A DNA stretch of 64,000 nucleotides from a virus: positions 44,881 to 108,880 of the IMG/VR virus record IMGVR_UViG_3300002835_000063; one strand, 5' to 3'. Each line of letters starts with the position of its first letter. Positions within the stretch are counted from its first letter, which is position 1. Position numbers and translations under genes: made by a program. The notes under the pieces are model-generated. The model was given only the letters and a program-made list of their open reading frames with translations. It searched no databases and was not told the DNA's origin. Positions 19,188 to 28,104 of this stretch are shown in pieces.

Positions 19188-19327
19188 TATTAGGGTATCT
19201 TTTATTTGATGGGTCTAGCCGTTAAGTCGGTCACCAGTTAAATTTCAACATTTTTTAATTTTAACTTGCATCTGCACTCGAAAGGTGTAGTATGTAAAAA
19301 AGTTTTCTCGGAGAGTTTAATGATTTT

Positions 19328-22033
19328 TTGTGGTGGCAAGGGAGCCCTGATTTAGTGGCAGGCTGGGAGAGCGCAGAAGGAAGACTGGCTTCCGGGGCGC
19401 AATGGTATGCAAATAAAGGCTGGCAGGTTCTTCCAGTACACGGGATCGACAGAAACGGCATGTGTACTTGCGGTAAAACCCACAAAGACCCAAAAGAAAA
19501 TGCAAAACATCCAGCATCTGAAAATGGCCAAAAAGATGCGACTACAAATATTGAAACAGTTAATTCTTGGTGGACTCAAAACAAAGATTACAACATCGGA
19601 ATTTATGCAAAAGACTCCGGATTTTTTGTTATTGATATAGACCCCCGGCACAATGGCCACGAATCTTTAATTAAACTAGAAGAACGTGCCTTAGGGAATT
19701 TACCTAAAACTGTAGAAGCTATTACAGGAGAATACTCAACAAAGACTGGTCCAATGAGGGGTCGCCACTTAATTTATAGGTGCAATCCAAACGAAAAGTT
19801 TATTGGCAATTTTAAAGCTCAAGGTTTAGATGGAATAGACATTAAGCACAATGGCTACATTCTTGTTGCACCGTCTAGACACTCTACTGGTCACTGTTAT
19901 GAGTGGAAGCCAGGCCACGCCCCGTGGGAAATTGAGATAGCCGAAGCACCAGAAGAACTTTTAGATGTAATTAGATCAAGAACGCTAAAAAAGTCTGGAA
20001 AATTTGGTGGATCAAATTATGAAACAAGCGACTGGGAATTCCTTAGAGATTTAAATTTTGGAACTACTGGAAACAAATTAGATATAGATAAAATTCTCGA
20101 AGAAGGAATTGACGAAGGCGGCAGAGCCGTCGGTCTATATCAGCTTGCATGCGCTTTAGCTAACAAATTCGGTACCGACGTAGCTGGCAGAACTTCAGTT
20201 GAAGCAATGATGCTTAAGTTTAACGCCGAAATGGTTAGGCCACCTCTTGACGTAGAGGGCAGCAATGGTCTACTTATGCACACTAGGCGTGCCATCGACT
20301 TCGTAGCAAATAATCCAGTATGGGAAAAGTGGTGGGACGGGCTAAAAGATTATGTACCTGAAAATGGTATGGAGTGGGCAAAAAAAGCCCAAGCAAATTT
20401 TGTAAAAGCTCCGTCACCCCTAACATCTTTTAACTATGTCGCTACAGCAGAAAAAGTAGAAGCAAATTCTTTGGTGGTACCTAGTTATGCAAATTCAGTT
20501 GGCGATCAAGTTGCTTCTTTGGCCGCAAAAGGTAGGTCAGTAAAAGATATAGCTTCTGGTGGAAATTTAGATTTACCAAATGATGCTGACTCAATAAGCG
20601 AAGAGGGTGGGGGCCGTATAGGCTTTAGAAGTCTTACAGATGTTGGAAATGGTAGAAGATTAGTCGATTCTTTCGGATCAACTATTCGCTATACAGACAA
20701 AGTTGGTTGGTATGTCTGGAATGGAAATTATTGGAAACCAGACGATGAATCTACTCAAATTAAAGAAATTGCTAAATCAGTGGCAACTGTAATTGCTCGG
20801 GAAGTAGTAGACCTAAATAGTCCAGATGATCCTAGGGGTGGAGAGCTGGTTAAGTGGGCAAATGCCGCTAAGTCAAACTCAAGAATTATCTCAATGATCG
20901 AGCAAGCAAAAACAGATCCCAGAATAACAATGCAAATTGATGAATGGGACAAAGACCCCTACTTACTTGGTGTCAGAAATGGAGTAGTGGATCTGAGAAC
21001 AGGAACTAAACAAGACGGAGACATTGCATCTCACATAACTAGAATTTCCCCTATTTCCTACACTCAAGGACTAACAAATGTTAGGTGGACAAACTTCTTA
21101 AATGAAGCATTCAATGGGGATCAAGAATTTATAAATTGGGTTCAAAAAGCAGTTGGCTACACTGCTACTGGATTTACTAATCATGACGTTTTGTTTCTTA
21201 TCTATGGACCACCAGGCTCCGGTAAAAACACATTTATTGAAACAATTTTTGAGGCTTTAGGTAAGTCCCAGCACGCATGGGCACTTGATTCAAATGTTTT
21301 AGCCTTAGGCGACAGAGTAAGCAGTACTGACGAATATCACATGGCCGAACTTAGAGGTCGTCGTATGATTTGGGTAGACGAGCTACCAGAAAACGAACGC
21401 ATTAAAGAAAATCAAGTAAAGAAGTTAACTGGTTCTGGAACTCTTCAGGGACGATCTCCTGGAGAAAAACCTATTCAGTTTAAATCTACTGGAAAGCTTT
21501 GGATATCTACTAACCACAGGCCAATTATCACAGATGATGCAATGTGGCGAAGATTGCTGCCTATCCCACTAACAAACAAACCAGCTAAGCCAGACCCAGG
21601 ACTCAAAAAATATCTTGCCGACCCAGACGGAGCGCTTCCTGCAGTGCTTTCGTGGATCGTAGAGGGTGCGATTAAATTTCTATCTTCCGGCCAAGATAAT
21701 CCGCTGGAGATGTGCACGGCTGTAAGGAATGCTCACGAAATATACAGACAGAATGAAGACAGAATGGGGGCATTTTTGATAGAGGAGACCACTACCGGCG
21801 AAAGCGTAAATGTTAATTCACTGTATAAGAGATATAAGGCATGGTCAGATTCTAGAGGAGAGCGTCCTATTACCCAGATAGGATTCCACAGAAAACTTTC
21901 TGACAGAGGACTTGTGCTAATTGGATCGGGAAATAAAGCCATTGTGCAGGGTATTGCACTAATACCGCACTCAATCAACTATGACGAACCGTCGGGCCTC
22001 GGGACTGCCGCCAGATTCTCAACTTCTTTTTAA
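19328..22033 (+). CDS. Bifunctional primase-polymerase fused to D5-like SF3 helicase
   Basis: CTCGK..KHP, NIGI...VIDIDPRHNG, GRHL (Prim-Pol); TDVGNGRRL (D5_N); Walker A GPPGSGKNT; WVDE; TNHRP..DDAMWRR. Confidence 0.92.
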   Translation: MWWQGSPDLVAGWESAEGRLASGAQWYANKGWQVLPVHGIDRNGMCTCGKTHKDPKENAKHPASENGQKDATTNIETVNSWWTQNKDYNIGIYAKDSGFFVIDIDPRHNGHESLIKLEERALGNLPKTVEAITGEYSTKTGPMRGRHLIYRCNPNEKFIGNFKAQGLDGIDIKHNGYILVAPSRHSTGHCYEWKPGHAPWEIEIAEAPEELLDVIRSRTLKKSGKFGGSNYETSDWEFLRDLNFGTTGNKLDIDKILEEGIDEGGRAVGLYQLACALANKFGTDVAGRTSVEAMMLKFNAEMVRPPLDVEGSNGLLMHTRRAIDFVANNPVWEKWWDGLKDYVPENGMEWAKKAQANFVKAPSPLTSFNYVATAEKVEANSLVVPSYANSVGDQVASLAAKGRSVKDIASGGNLDLPNDADSISEEGGGRIGFRSLTDVGNGRRLVDSFGSTIRYTDKVGWYVWNGNYWKPDDESTQIKEIAKSVATVIAREVVDLNSPDDPRGGELVKWANAAKSNSRIISMIEQAKTDPRITMQIDEWDKDPYLLGVRNGVVDLRTGTKQDGDIASHITRISPISYTQGLTNVRWTNFLNEAFNGDQEFINWVQKAVGYTATGFTNHDVLFLIYGPPGSGKNTFIETIFEALGKSQHAWALDSNVLALGDRVSSTDEYHMAELRGRRMIWVDELPENERIKENQVKKLTGSGTLQGRSPGEKPIQFKSTGKLWISTNHRPIITDDAMWRRLLPIPLTNKPAKPDPGLKKYLADPDGALPAVLSWIVEGAIKFLSSGQDNPLEMCTAVRNAHEIYRQNEDRMGAFLIEETTTGESVNVNSLYKRYKAWSDSRGERPITQIGFHRKLSDRGLVLIGSGNKAIVQGIALIPHSINYDEPSGLGTAARFSTSF

Positions 22034-22052
22034 AGATATAGGATAAGTAACT

Positions 22053-22883
22053 ATGAAGATATATATTGCAACTCCCATGTATGGCGGAATCGCTAAAAAC
22101 ACTTACACCATTGGACTACAAAATCTCATTGTTGCCCTATCTCAAGCTGGTCACACAATTACGACTACCGTAGTAGGCAACGAAAGCCTAATTACTAGGG
22201 CTAGAAACACTCTTGCTCACAAGTTCATGAAAACTGACTGCGACGCTCTTTTGTTTATTGATGCGGACCATGGCTGGAATGCAGGCGATGTTGTAAAAAT
22301 GATTGAGTCCGGTAAAGATTTTATTGGCGCAATTTACCCAATGAAGGGGATCAACTGGGAAAACGTACGTATAGCTGCGCTTGCGGGGAGACCAGCCAAC
22401 GAGCTAGAACTTTATTCGGGCTATTTTGCGATTAATTTGTTGCCAGAAAATCAGAATTTTAACGAAAATGAGCCATTCAAAGTTAAAGATGTCGGAACTG
22501 GAATGCTTTTCCTAACTCGAAAAGTTTTTGAGGATCTTGAGCCACACTGTAAAAAGTATAAAAACAACAATGTGGGGGAAACTGGAATCCAATTCGGAGA
22601 CATGATTACCGAGTACTTCACAACATTCATTGATGACGGTAATATCCTATTGTCAGAAGACTATGCTCTTTGCAGAATGTGGCAAAATATCGGCGGCGAA
22701 GTTTGGGCAGCTCCATGGGTTCGCATCACCCATTCGGGGGACTATAACTTCTCTGGCAGATTTGTCAGAATGTTAGAAGCTTCAAATATTAAAAAAGCAC
22801 TAGACGCAGCAAATGCTGCAAAAAATAAAAACTCAACAGAAAATAGTACAGAAGTAGAAAAAAAGGAACCTTCTACGAAGTGA
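22053..22883 (+). CDS. GT-A-fold glycosyltransferase-like protein
   Basis: IATPMYGG, ESLITRARN, FIDAD (DxD), GTGML, LSEDY. Confidence 0.7.
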   Translation: MKIYIATPMYGGIAKNTYTIGLQNLIVALSQAGHTITTTVVGNESLITRARNTLAHKFMKTDCDALLFIDADHGWNAGDVVKMIESGKDFIGAIYPMKGINWENVRIAALAGRPANELELYSGYFAINLLPENQNFNENEPFKVKDVGTGMLFLTRKVFEDLEPHCKKYKNNNVGETGIQFGDMITEYFTTFIDDGNILLSEDYALCRMWQNIGGEVWAAPWVRITHSGDYNFSGRFVRMLEASNIKKALDAANAAKNKNSTENSTEVEKKEPSTK

Positions 22884-22929
22884 GAAAATAGATTTGAGGG
22901 AGATTCCCTTAGATCGAGGTAACTGAATA

Positions 22930-23046
22930 TTGGCTAATGTAAAAGACTATATCTGTGCAGTCTGCTCAAAGCAACACGTTGTCCCCAGTTTGGCAAGAGA
23001 ATGTGAGACAAAACACGAAGTAGTAATTTTACGAAAAGCGGGCTAA
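22930..23046 (+). CDS. Putative 38-aa zinc-finger microprotein (not in ORF track)
   Basis: TTG start after GAGG; MANVKDYICAVCSKQHVVPSLARECETKHEVVILRKAG* with CxxC...CxxxH; fills an intergenic gap. Confidence 0.55.
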   Translation: MANVKDYICAVCSKQHVVPSLARECETKHEVVILRKAG

Positions 23047-23079
23047 TTTCTCATTTCTGTAGTAGCATAGGTTCAACCA

Positions 23080-23379
23080 TTGGTTGAAGGAGAGGCTATG
23101 GCTCTAGCAGATCGACTCAAGACTGCGCAGTACAGGTACAAAGAAGATAACTTTGCCTGCAAGCTGATTGCAATTACCAAAGACAGCAAGCTAAGCGACA
23201 AAGATGTTGCTGCGCTCCTGTCCATTATTAATTCACGGCCTGGTGATGAGGACCATGTGCCGAACATACGACTAGCATATGCACTTCGTGAAGAAGGCTA
23301 TGACATCAGTCCAAGCACCGTAGATAGACACCGAAACGGCATCTGTGCTTGCTCTAGAGTTCAGGGAGGAACTAAGTGA
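23080..23379 (+). CDS. Small hypothetical protein, possibly DNA-binding
   Basis: LAYALREEGYDISPSTVDRHR...CAC; likely start is ATG 23098 after GGAGAGG; coupled to the phosphoesterase. Confidence 0.65.
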   Translation: MVEGEAMALADRLKTAQYRYKEDNFACKLIAITKDSKLSDKDVAALLSIINSRPGDEDHVPNIRLAYALREEGYDISPSTVDRHRNGICACSRVQGGTK

Positions 23380-24575
23380 GCTTATCGGAAAAATTAGAAA
23401 AGCTTCGCTCACCCGGGCGCAGCGGTTCGGACACCAAAACAATTAAACAACCAGAAGACTGGCGTCCAAGAATGGATATCGATACCGTTCGTGGTGGCTT
23501 TGTGGTCGGATCTCCAAGACCAGAGCACGAAGTAGTAGACGCCACTACTGTGCTGGCAGAATTTGGATTAAACCCCGCAGAGTGGAATGTAACTTCACTT
23601 AGACGAGGTAAGTGGCAAAAACACGATGGTGATTGGCTAGAGTCAGTTCGAGTAAATGTTATTCCAGCAAACCATATGGCTACAGATGAGCTTGACATAG
23701 AACAGCTCGTAGATCACATTAAAAAGTGGCGTCCTGGCAAAGACACTAAAAAGTCAACTGGCGAGGGCGCTTTTCTTGTTGCCCCAAGTGATCAGCAGAT
23801 TGGTAAAAAAGCTAACGGTGAAGGCACTGGACAGTCAGTCGAGAGAATCCTTGCCCTTACAGAAAAAGCTGTAAATCGATTTCAACAAAACCTAAAAGCT
23901 GGCATTAATCCAGGCACAATATGTCTGGCCCTACTCGGCGATCACGTAGAAGGCACCACAAGTCAAAACGGAAGACTTCAGGGTCAGGCGGCCTCCGATC
24001 TTGGTATGACAGAACAAACTAGAGTTGCTAGACGCTTGTTATTGGCTCAGGTAAAAGCTTTTGCCCCACTAGTAAACAAATTAATAATTCCAGTGATTAA
24101 TGGAAACCACGACGAAGCAACTCGTCAAGTTGTAACAGATCCAGCTGATGGTTGGAACGTGGAGATCGCCTCTGCAGTTCAGGACATCTGCGCAGAAAAC
24201 CCAGAACTAGCCCACGTTGAGTTTAGATACCCAAGCAGTGGACACCAAACCCTAACAATAAATGTTGAAGGAACTATGCTTGGAATGTTCCACGGACATC
24301 AAGCAAATCAAAATAATACCCTCAGGTATTTATCCCAGCAAGCCGCCGGTCAAACAGCTTTAGGTCAGGCAGACATTTGGATTTCTGGCCACTTCCACAA
24401 TTTTAAAACTATGGATATAGGGGAGCGCCTGTGGGTGCAAGCTCCCACAACAGATCCTGGAAGTGAGTGGTTCCGAGATCGAGCTGGAATGAATTCTAAA
24501 CCAGGATTGCTAACTATGATTCTAGGAGGAAGCTACGAACCAAGAGAGCATATCGGGGTCCTGAGTGTCAAATAA
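23376..24575 (+). CDS. Calcineurin-like metallophosphoesterase (Mre11-like phage family)
   Basis: SDQQ, LGDHVEG, GNHDE, FHGHQ, SGHFH motifs. Confidence 0.85.
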   Translation: MSLSEKLEKLRSPGRSGSDTKTIKQPEDWRPRMDIDTVRGGFVVGSPRPEHEVVDATTVLAEFGLNPAEWNVTSLRRGKWQKHDGDWLESVRVNVIPANHMATDELDIEQLVDHIKKWRPGKDTKKSTGEGAFLVAPSDQQIGKKANGEGTGQSVERILALTEKAVNRFQQNLKAGINPGTICLALLGDHVEGTTSQNGRLQGQAASDLGMTEQTRVARRLLLAQVKAFAPLVNKLIIPVINGNHDEATRQVVTDPADGWNVEIASAVQDICAENPELAHVEFRYPSSGHQTLTINVEGTMLGMFHGHQANQNNTLRYLSQQAAGQTALGQADIWISGHFHNFKTMDIGERLWVQAPTTDPGSEWFRDRAGMNSKPGLLTMILGGSYEPREHIGVLSVK

Positions 24576-25224
24576 TTTAGATACCAGAGAAAAAATTACA
24601 ATTGGTGGCGCCCCGAGATCAGGCAGCACTTATTTAAAATACTTTTTAACTTGTCAATACAAAGGATCTGAACTATTTATACAAAAAACTCACCTAGAAC
24701 TTGATCATTTAGATCGTATAAAAAATCCAGATAAAGAAGAAACTTGGTTGATACCTGTAAGAAATGCAATGGATACGGCAAAATCAATTCTAGCTTGGCA
24801 AAACCACAAAGAACCAAAAAATTTTTTAGATAAAATTTATTCAACAACTACTCCAATTTATGGAACCTTAGACTCAATTACCAGATTGTGGGAAACTATT
24901 CTTTTAGATAAAAGTAAATTTATATTTTTAGATTTTAATTTACTAATTTCCGATAAAAATTATGTCGAAACAAAACTTGAATCTAATATTTCAAGATTGC
25001 TGGTAGAAAAATGTCCATTTAAGGTTTCAGACAAAGAAATAAAAGATAACTTAGAAAAAGATGATAGAAATAATTTTTTGACTGAAGAAGATTACTTAAA
25101 TATGGGGCATATACCGAGAAATAAGTCAGAAATACTTAAAAATTTAGATATTATTTTTGACTCAGATGTTTATACCAAAAGACTTCAGTATTTAGATTCT
25201 TTGTCTTTAGAGCTTCTGTCTTAA
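24565..25224 (+). CDS. Sulfotransferase-like P-loop protein
   Basis: GAPRSGSTYL resembles the 5'-phosphosulfate-binding loop and VRNAMD the 3'-phosphate motif; lies next to APS kinase. Confidence 0.55.
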   Translation: MSNNLDTREKITIGGAPRSGSTYLKYFLTCQYKGSELFIQKTHLELDHLDRIKNPDKEETWLIPVRNAMDTAKSILAWQNHKEPKNFLDKIYSTTTPIYGTLDSITRLWETILLDKSKFIFLDFNLLISDKNYVETKLESNISRLLVEKCPFKVSDKEIKDNLEKDDRNNFLTEEDYLNMGHIPRNKSEILKNLDIIFDSDVYTKRLQYLDSLSLELLS

Positions 25225-25241
25225 AAATTGTTAGGATAAAA

Positions 25242-26009
25242 ATGATTATATTAATTTATGGACTCCCCGGATCGGGAAAAACAGAGCTAGCTAAGTCTCT
25301 ACTAAATAGAGTAGACGCCCTCCATCTCAATGCAGATGAAGTCAGGGCTGATCTGAACTCAGATCTAGGATTTTCTATTGAAGACAGAGTAGAGCAGGCT
25401 AGGCGAATGGGAGCGCTGGCTAGGCTGCTCTCTAGGCAAGGCAAACTGGTAATTGTGGACTTTGTATGTCCAACTAAAGAAACCAGAGCGGCTTTTGGTA
25501 AAGCAGACTTTAGTGTGTGGATGGACAGAATACAAGAAAGTAGATTTGAAGACACTAATCGTTTGTGGGAGACGCCACTAGAAAACGAGTATTCCCTGAG
25601 GATACCGAATGGCTGGGGAGTTGAAAGAGAAACAGACACAATAATTAACTCGGCTAATTTGTTTGATTGGAGTGCTCCTACTACGCTAATGCTTGGAAGG
25701 TATCAGCCTTGGCACGAAGGACATGAAGCACTTAAGATTGAGGGTCACCAGAGAACAGACCAGGTTCTAGTCGGAGTTCGCAATACCTACAAAACTTCTG
25801 AAAAAGATCCTCTAACTTATTCAGAGGTTGAATATTTAATATCAGAAAATAGTAAGTCTTCCAAAGAAAATACCTTAGTTCTCAGGCTTCCTAACATAAC
25901 TAACATTATTTATGGCAGAGACGTCGGGTATAAAATTGAGCACGTAGAATTAAGCCCCGAAATTCAAGCTATATCTGCAACACAAAAAAGAAAAGAGCTC
26001 GGGATATGA
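25242..26009 (+). CDS. cysC: Adenylylsulfate kinase fused to HxGH nucleotidyltransferase domain
   Basis: GLPGSGKT, LNADEVR, LGFS.EDR.EQARR, VDFVCP (APS kinase); C-terminal GRYQPWHEGH. Confidence 0.75.
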   Translation: MIILIYGLPGSGKTELAKSLLNRVDALHLNADEVRADLNSDLGFSIEDRVEQARRMGALARLLSRQGKLVIVDFVCPTKETRAAFGKADFSVWMDRIQESRFEDTNRLWETPLENEYSLRIPNGWGVERETDTIINSANLFDWSAPTTLMLGRYQPWHEGHEALKIEGHQRTDQVLVGVRNTYKTSEKDPLTYSEVEYLISENSKSSKENTLVLRLPNITNIIYGRDVGYKIEHVELSPEIQAISATQKRKELGI

Positions 26010-26218
26010 ATGTAACTAGAACAAGGTCTGCAGCAAAAGCAATTTCTTGGAGAATAATAGGAACTGCAGATACTTTTCTTATTTCATGGTTTATAACAAA
26101 AGAGCCAGTTGCAGCCGCATCTATAGCTTCTTTAGAAGTTCTAACAAAAACTATTTTGTATTACTTTCATGAGCGCGGGTGGAACTTTGTTCAGTGGGGA
26201 AGAAGGCCGTCTAAATGA
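26006..26218 (+). CDS. DUF2061-like small membrane protein
   Basis: RS.AKAISWRIIG...LYYFHER.W..V.WG. Confidence 0.75.
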   Translation: MNVTRTRSAAKAISWRIIGTADTFLISWFITKEPVAAASIASLEVLTKTILYYFHERGWNFVQWGRRPSK

Positions 26219-27285
26219 CAAAAATAGCTGTCTACACAATTGCACTAAATGAAGAACAATTTGTTGAGCGCTGGTATAAAAGCGCAAAAGATGCTGATTA
26301 TCTTCTTATTGCGGATACGGGAAGTACGGACGGAACGGTAGAAGCAGCCAAAAAGCTTGGAATAAACGTAGTAGAAATCTCGATTAAACCTTGGCGCTTT
26401 GATGATGCACGTAACGCTTCTCTAGCTTCCCTACCAATAGACATTGACATGTGTGTTCAGCTTGATATGGATGAGATCCTGTTGCCAGGCTGGCGGGATG
26501 AAATAGAAAACGCTCTTAAGCAAGGAGCAACCAGGATTAGATATAACTACACCTGGAATTGGAAAGATGAAGAAGAAACCATACCAAACATAACTTTTGG
26601 TGGAGATAAAATCCATGCCAGAAAGGGCTATAGGTGGAAGCACCCAGTCCATGAGGTAATCGTACCTTACGGTAATACTATAGAAAAGCAAGTTTGGACT
26701 CAGTTAGAGCTGCACCACCACCCAGACAAAACAAAGTCTAGGTCCCAGTACCTACCGCTACTGAAACTATCAATCGAAGAAGATCCACATGATGATAGGA
26801 ACGCCTATTATTACGCTAGAGAGCTTTATTTCCATCGGGAGTATAAAGAGGCCACCGAGCAATTTAAACGTCACCTAGGGCTTCCTACGGCCGTTTGGGC
26901 CCCAGAGAGAGCCGCTTCTATGAGATACCTAGCCAAGCTAGAGCCGGAAGAAAAAGAAGCATGGCTAGTAAAAGCTCATATGGAGGCCCCTTGGCGTAGG
27001 GAAGCCTTAGTGGAGCTTGCTCAGCACTTCTATGAGACGCAGTCTTGGGCGTCCTGTCTCCACTTTGCAGAAAAAGCCCTAGCCATAAAAGAAAAACCTA
27101 TGGACTATCTTTGCGAGGATTTTGCTTGGGGATATTTGCCTTGGGATCTAGCAGCAATTGCTGCTTACCATGAGGGAAATTACAATAAAGCTTATAAATA
27201 CGGAAATACAGCTCATCAGTTAAATCCGACAGAGAAAAGACTAGAAAATAATCTTAGGTACTACTCTGTGGGGGTTTCTTCTTAG
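26215..27285 (+). CDS. GT2-family glycosyltransferase with C-terminal TPR-like region
   Basis: NEE..V.R, DTGSTDGT, RFDDARN, LDMDE, W.HPVHE, helical repeats in the C-terminal half. Confidence 0.85.
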   Translation: MTKIAVYTIALNEEQFVERWYKSAKDADYLLIADTGSTDGTVEAAKKLGINVVEISIKPWRFDDARNASLASLPIDIDMCVQLDMDEILLPGWRDEIENALKQGATRIRYNYTWNWKDEEETIPNITFGGDKIHARKGYRWKHPVHEVIVPYGNTIEKQVWTQLELHHHPDKTKSRSQYLPLLKLSIEEDPHDDRNAYYYARELYFHREYKEATEQFKRHLGLPTAVWAPERAASMRYLAKLEPEEKEAWLVKAHMEAPWRREALVELAQHFYETQSWASCLHFAEKALAIKEKPMDYLCEDFAWGYLPWDLAAIAAYHEGNYNKAYKYGNTAHQLNPTEKRLENNLRYYSVGVSS

Positions 27286-27727
27286 TTCCCAGCGAATTGT
27301 AGGCATCCACAGCGTTCGCACTAGTCCTACTTTGCCAAGTAAACTGACATTCGTCACAGCGGACAATTTTCATTGTCGCCCAGCGGCCACCTTCAGGTCG
27401 ATCTACTGTAGCAGTTTTTAGTTTATCTGTTTTAGCTTTGCAGTTCGGGCACAACGGAAACCTTTTATATCTAATCTCTTGCCCTTCCCAATTAATTGAC
27501 AGGGTATTTCTAATTTTTTCTGGGGTTAAGCCGCCCCAAATTCCCCAAATTTGCTTGTTGTTTAGTCCCCACTGTAGGCAGTCTTTCCTAACAGGACACT
27601 TATTGCACAGTTTTTTAGCTTCCCACTGCTGAGAAGGCTTATTTGCAAAAAATTTGTCTATTTTGTCAAAGTTTTCAGGTTTAGCACATTCGGCATCTTC
27701 GTGCCAGCCCGGAGAATCAAAAAACAT
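27254..27727 (-). CDS. whiB: WhiB-family transcription factor with C-terminal zinc ribbon
   Basis: W...A.C ... AKKLCNKCPVRKDC ... GIWGG; extra CPNC...CDEC. Confidence 0.9.
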   Translation of the reverse strand: MFFDSPGWHEDAECAKPENFDKIDKFFANKPSQQWEAKKLCNKCPVRKDCLQWGLNNKQIWGIWGGLTPEKIRNTLSINWEGQEIRYKRFPLCPNCKAKTDKLKTATVDRPEGGRWATMKIVRCDECQFTWQSRTSANAVDAYNSLGTKKKPPQSST

Positions 27728-28055
27728 ATGGCACCTCTACAAAAGTAGCGTCCCAGTCGTAGTTATCGTCATCCATTGAGCAATAGGTCGGAAAGCGATC
27801 ATCGTCGTCTGGATACCAATAGCCAGCTTTTTCTATAATTGCGTCTTCTATAAGTTTGTAAGACTCCCCTAAAGAATAAGTAATGCCTTCTTGCTGTAGA
27901 GATCTAGCTAGTGATTTTTTGGCGAGCGGGTCAAAATCTAAATCTATGTGCTCATTTATATAAAAAACAACAGAGTCAGAGTTAATTTTGCGGGGGTAGT
28001 CATCACCCTCCCAGATAAGCCAAACTGGCGTGCTGATTGCCTTTTTACGTCTCAC
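27717..28055 (-). CDS. Hypothetical protein
   Basis: 112-aa ORF overlapping the whiB start. Confidence 0.65.
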   Translation of the reverse strand: MRRKKAISTPVWLIWEGDDYPRKINSDSVVFYINEHIDLDFDPLAKKSLARSLQQEGITYSLGESYKLIEDAIIEKAGYWYPDDDDRFPTYCSMDDDNYDWDATFVEVPYVF

Positions 28056-28104
28056 AACATAAAAAGTAATCTAACGGCAGATAACCTTACCGTAAATTAC
28101 AAAA

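Noticed and set aside
25242-26009. Host chromosomal sulfur-assimilation locus or prophage boundary
   Set aside because: No cysD/cysN/cysH or other host housekeeping genes; the gene is flanked by phage genes on both sides.
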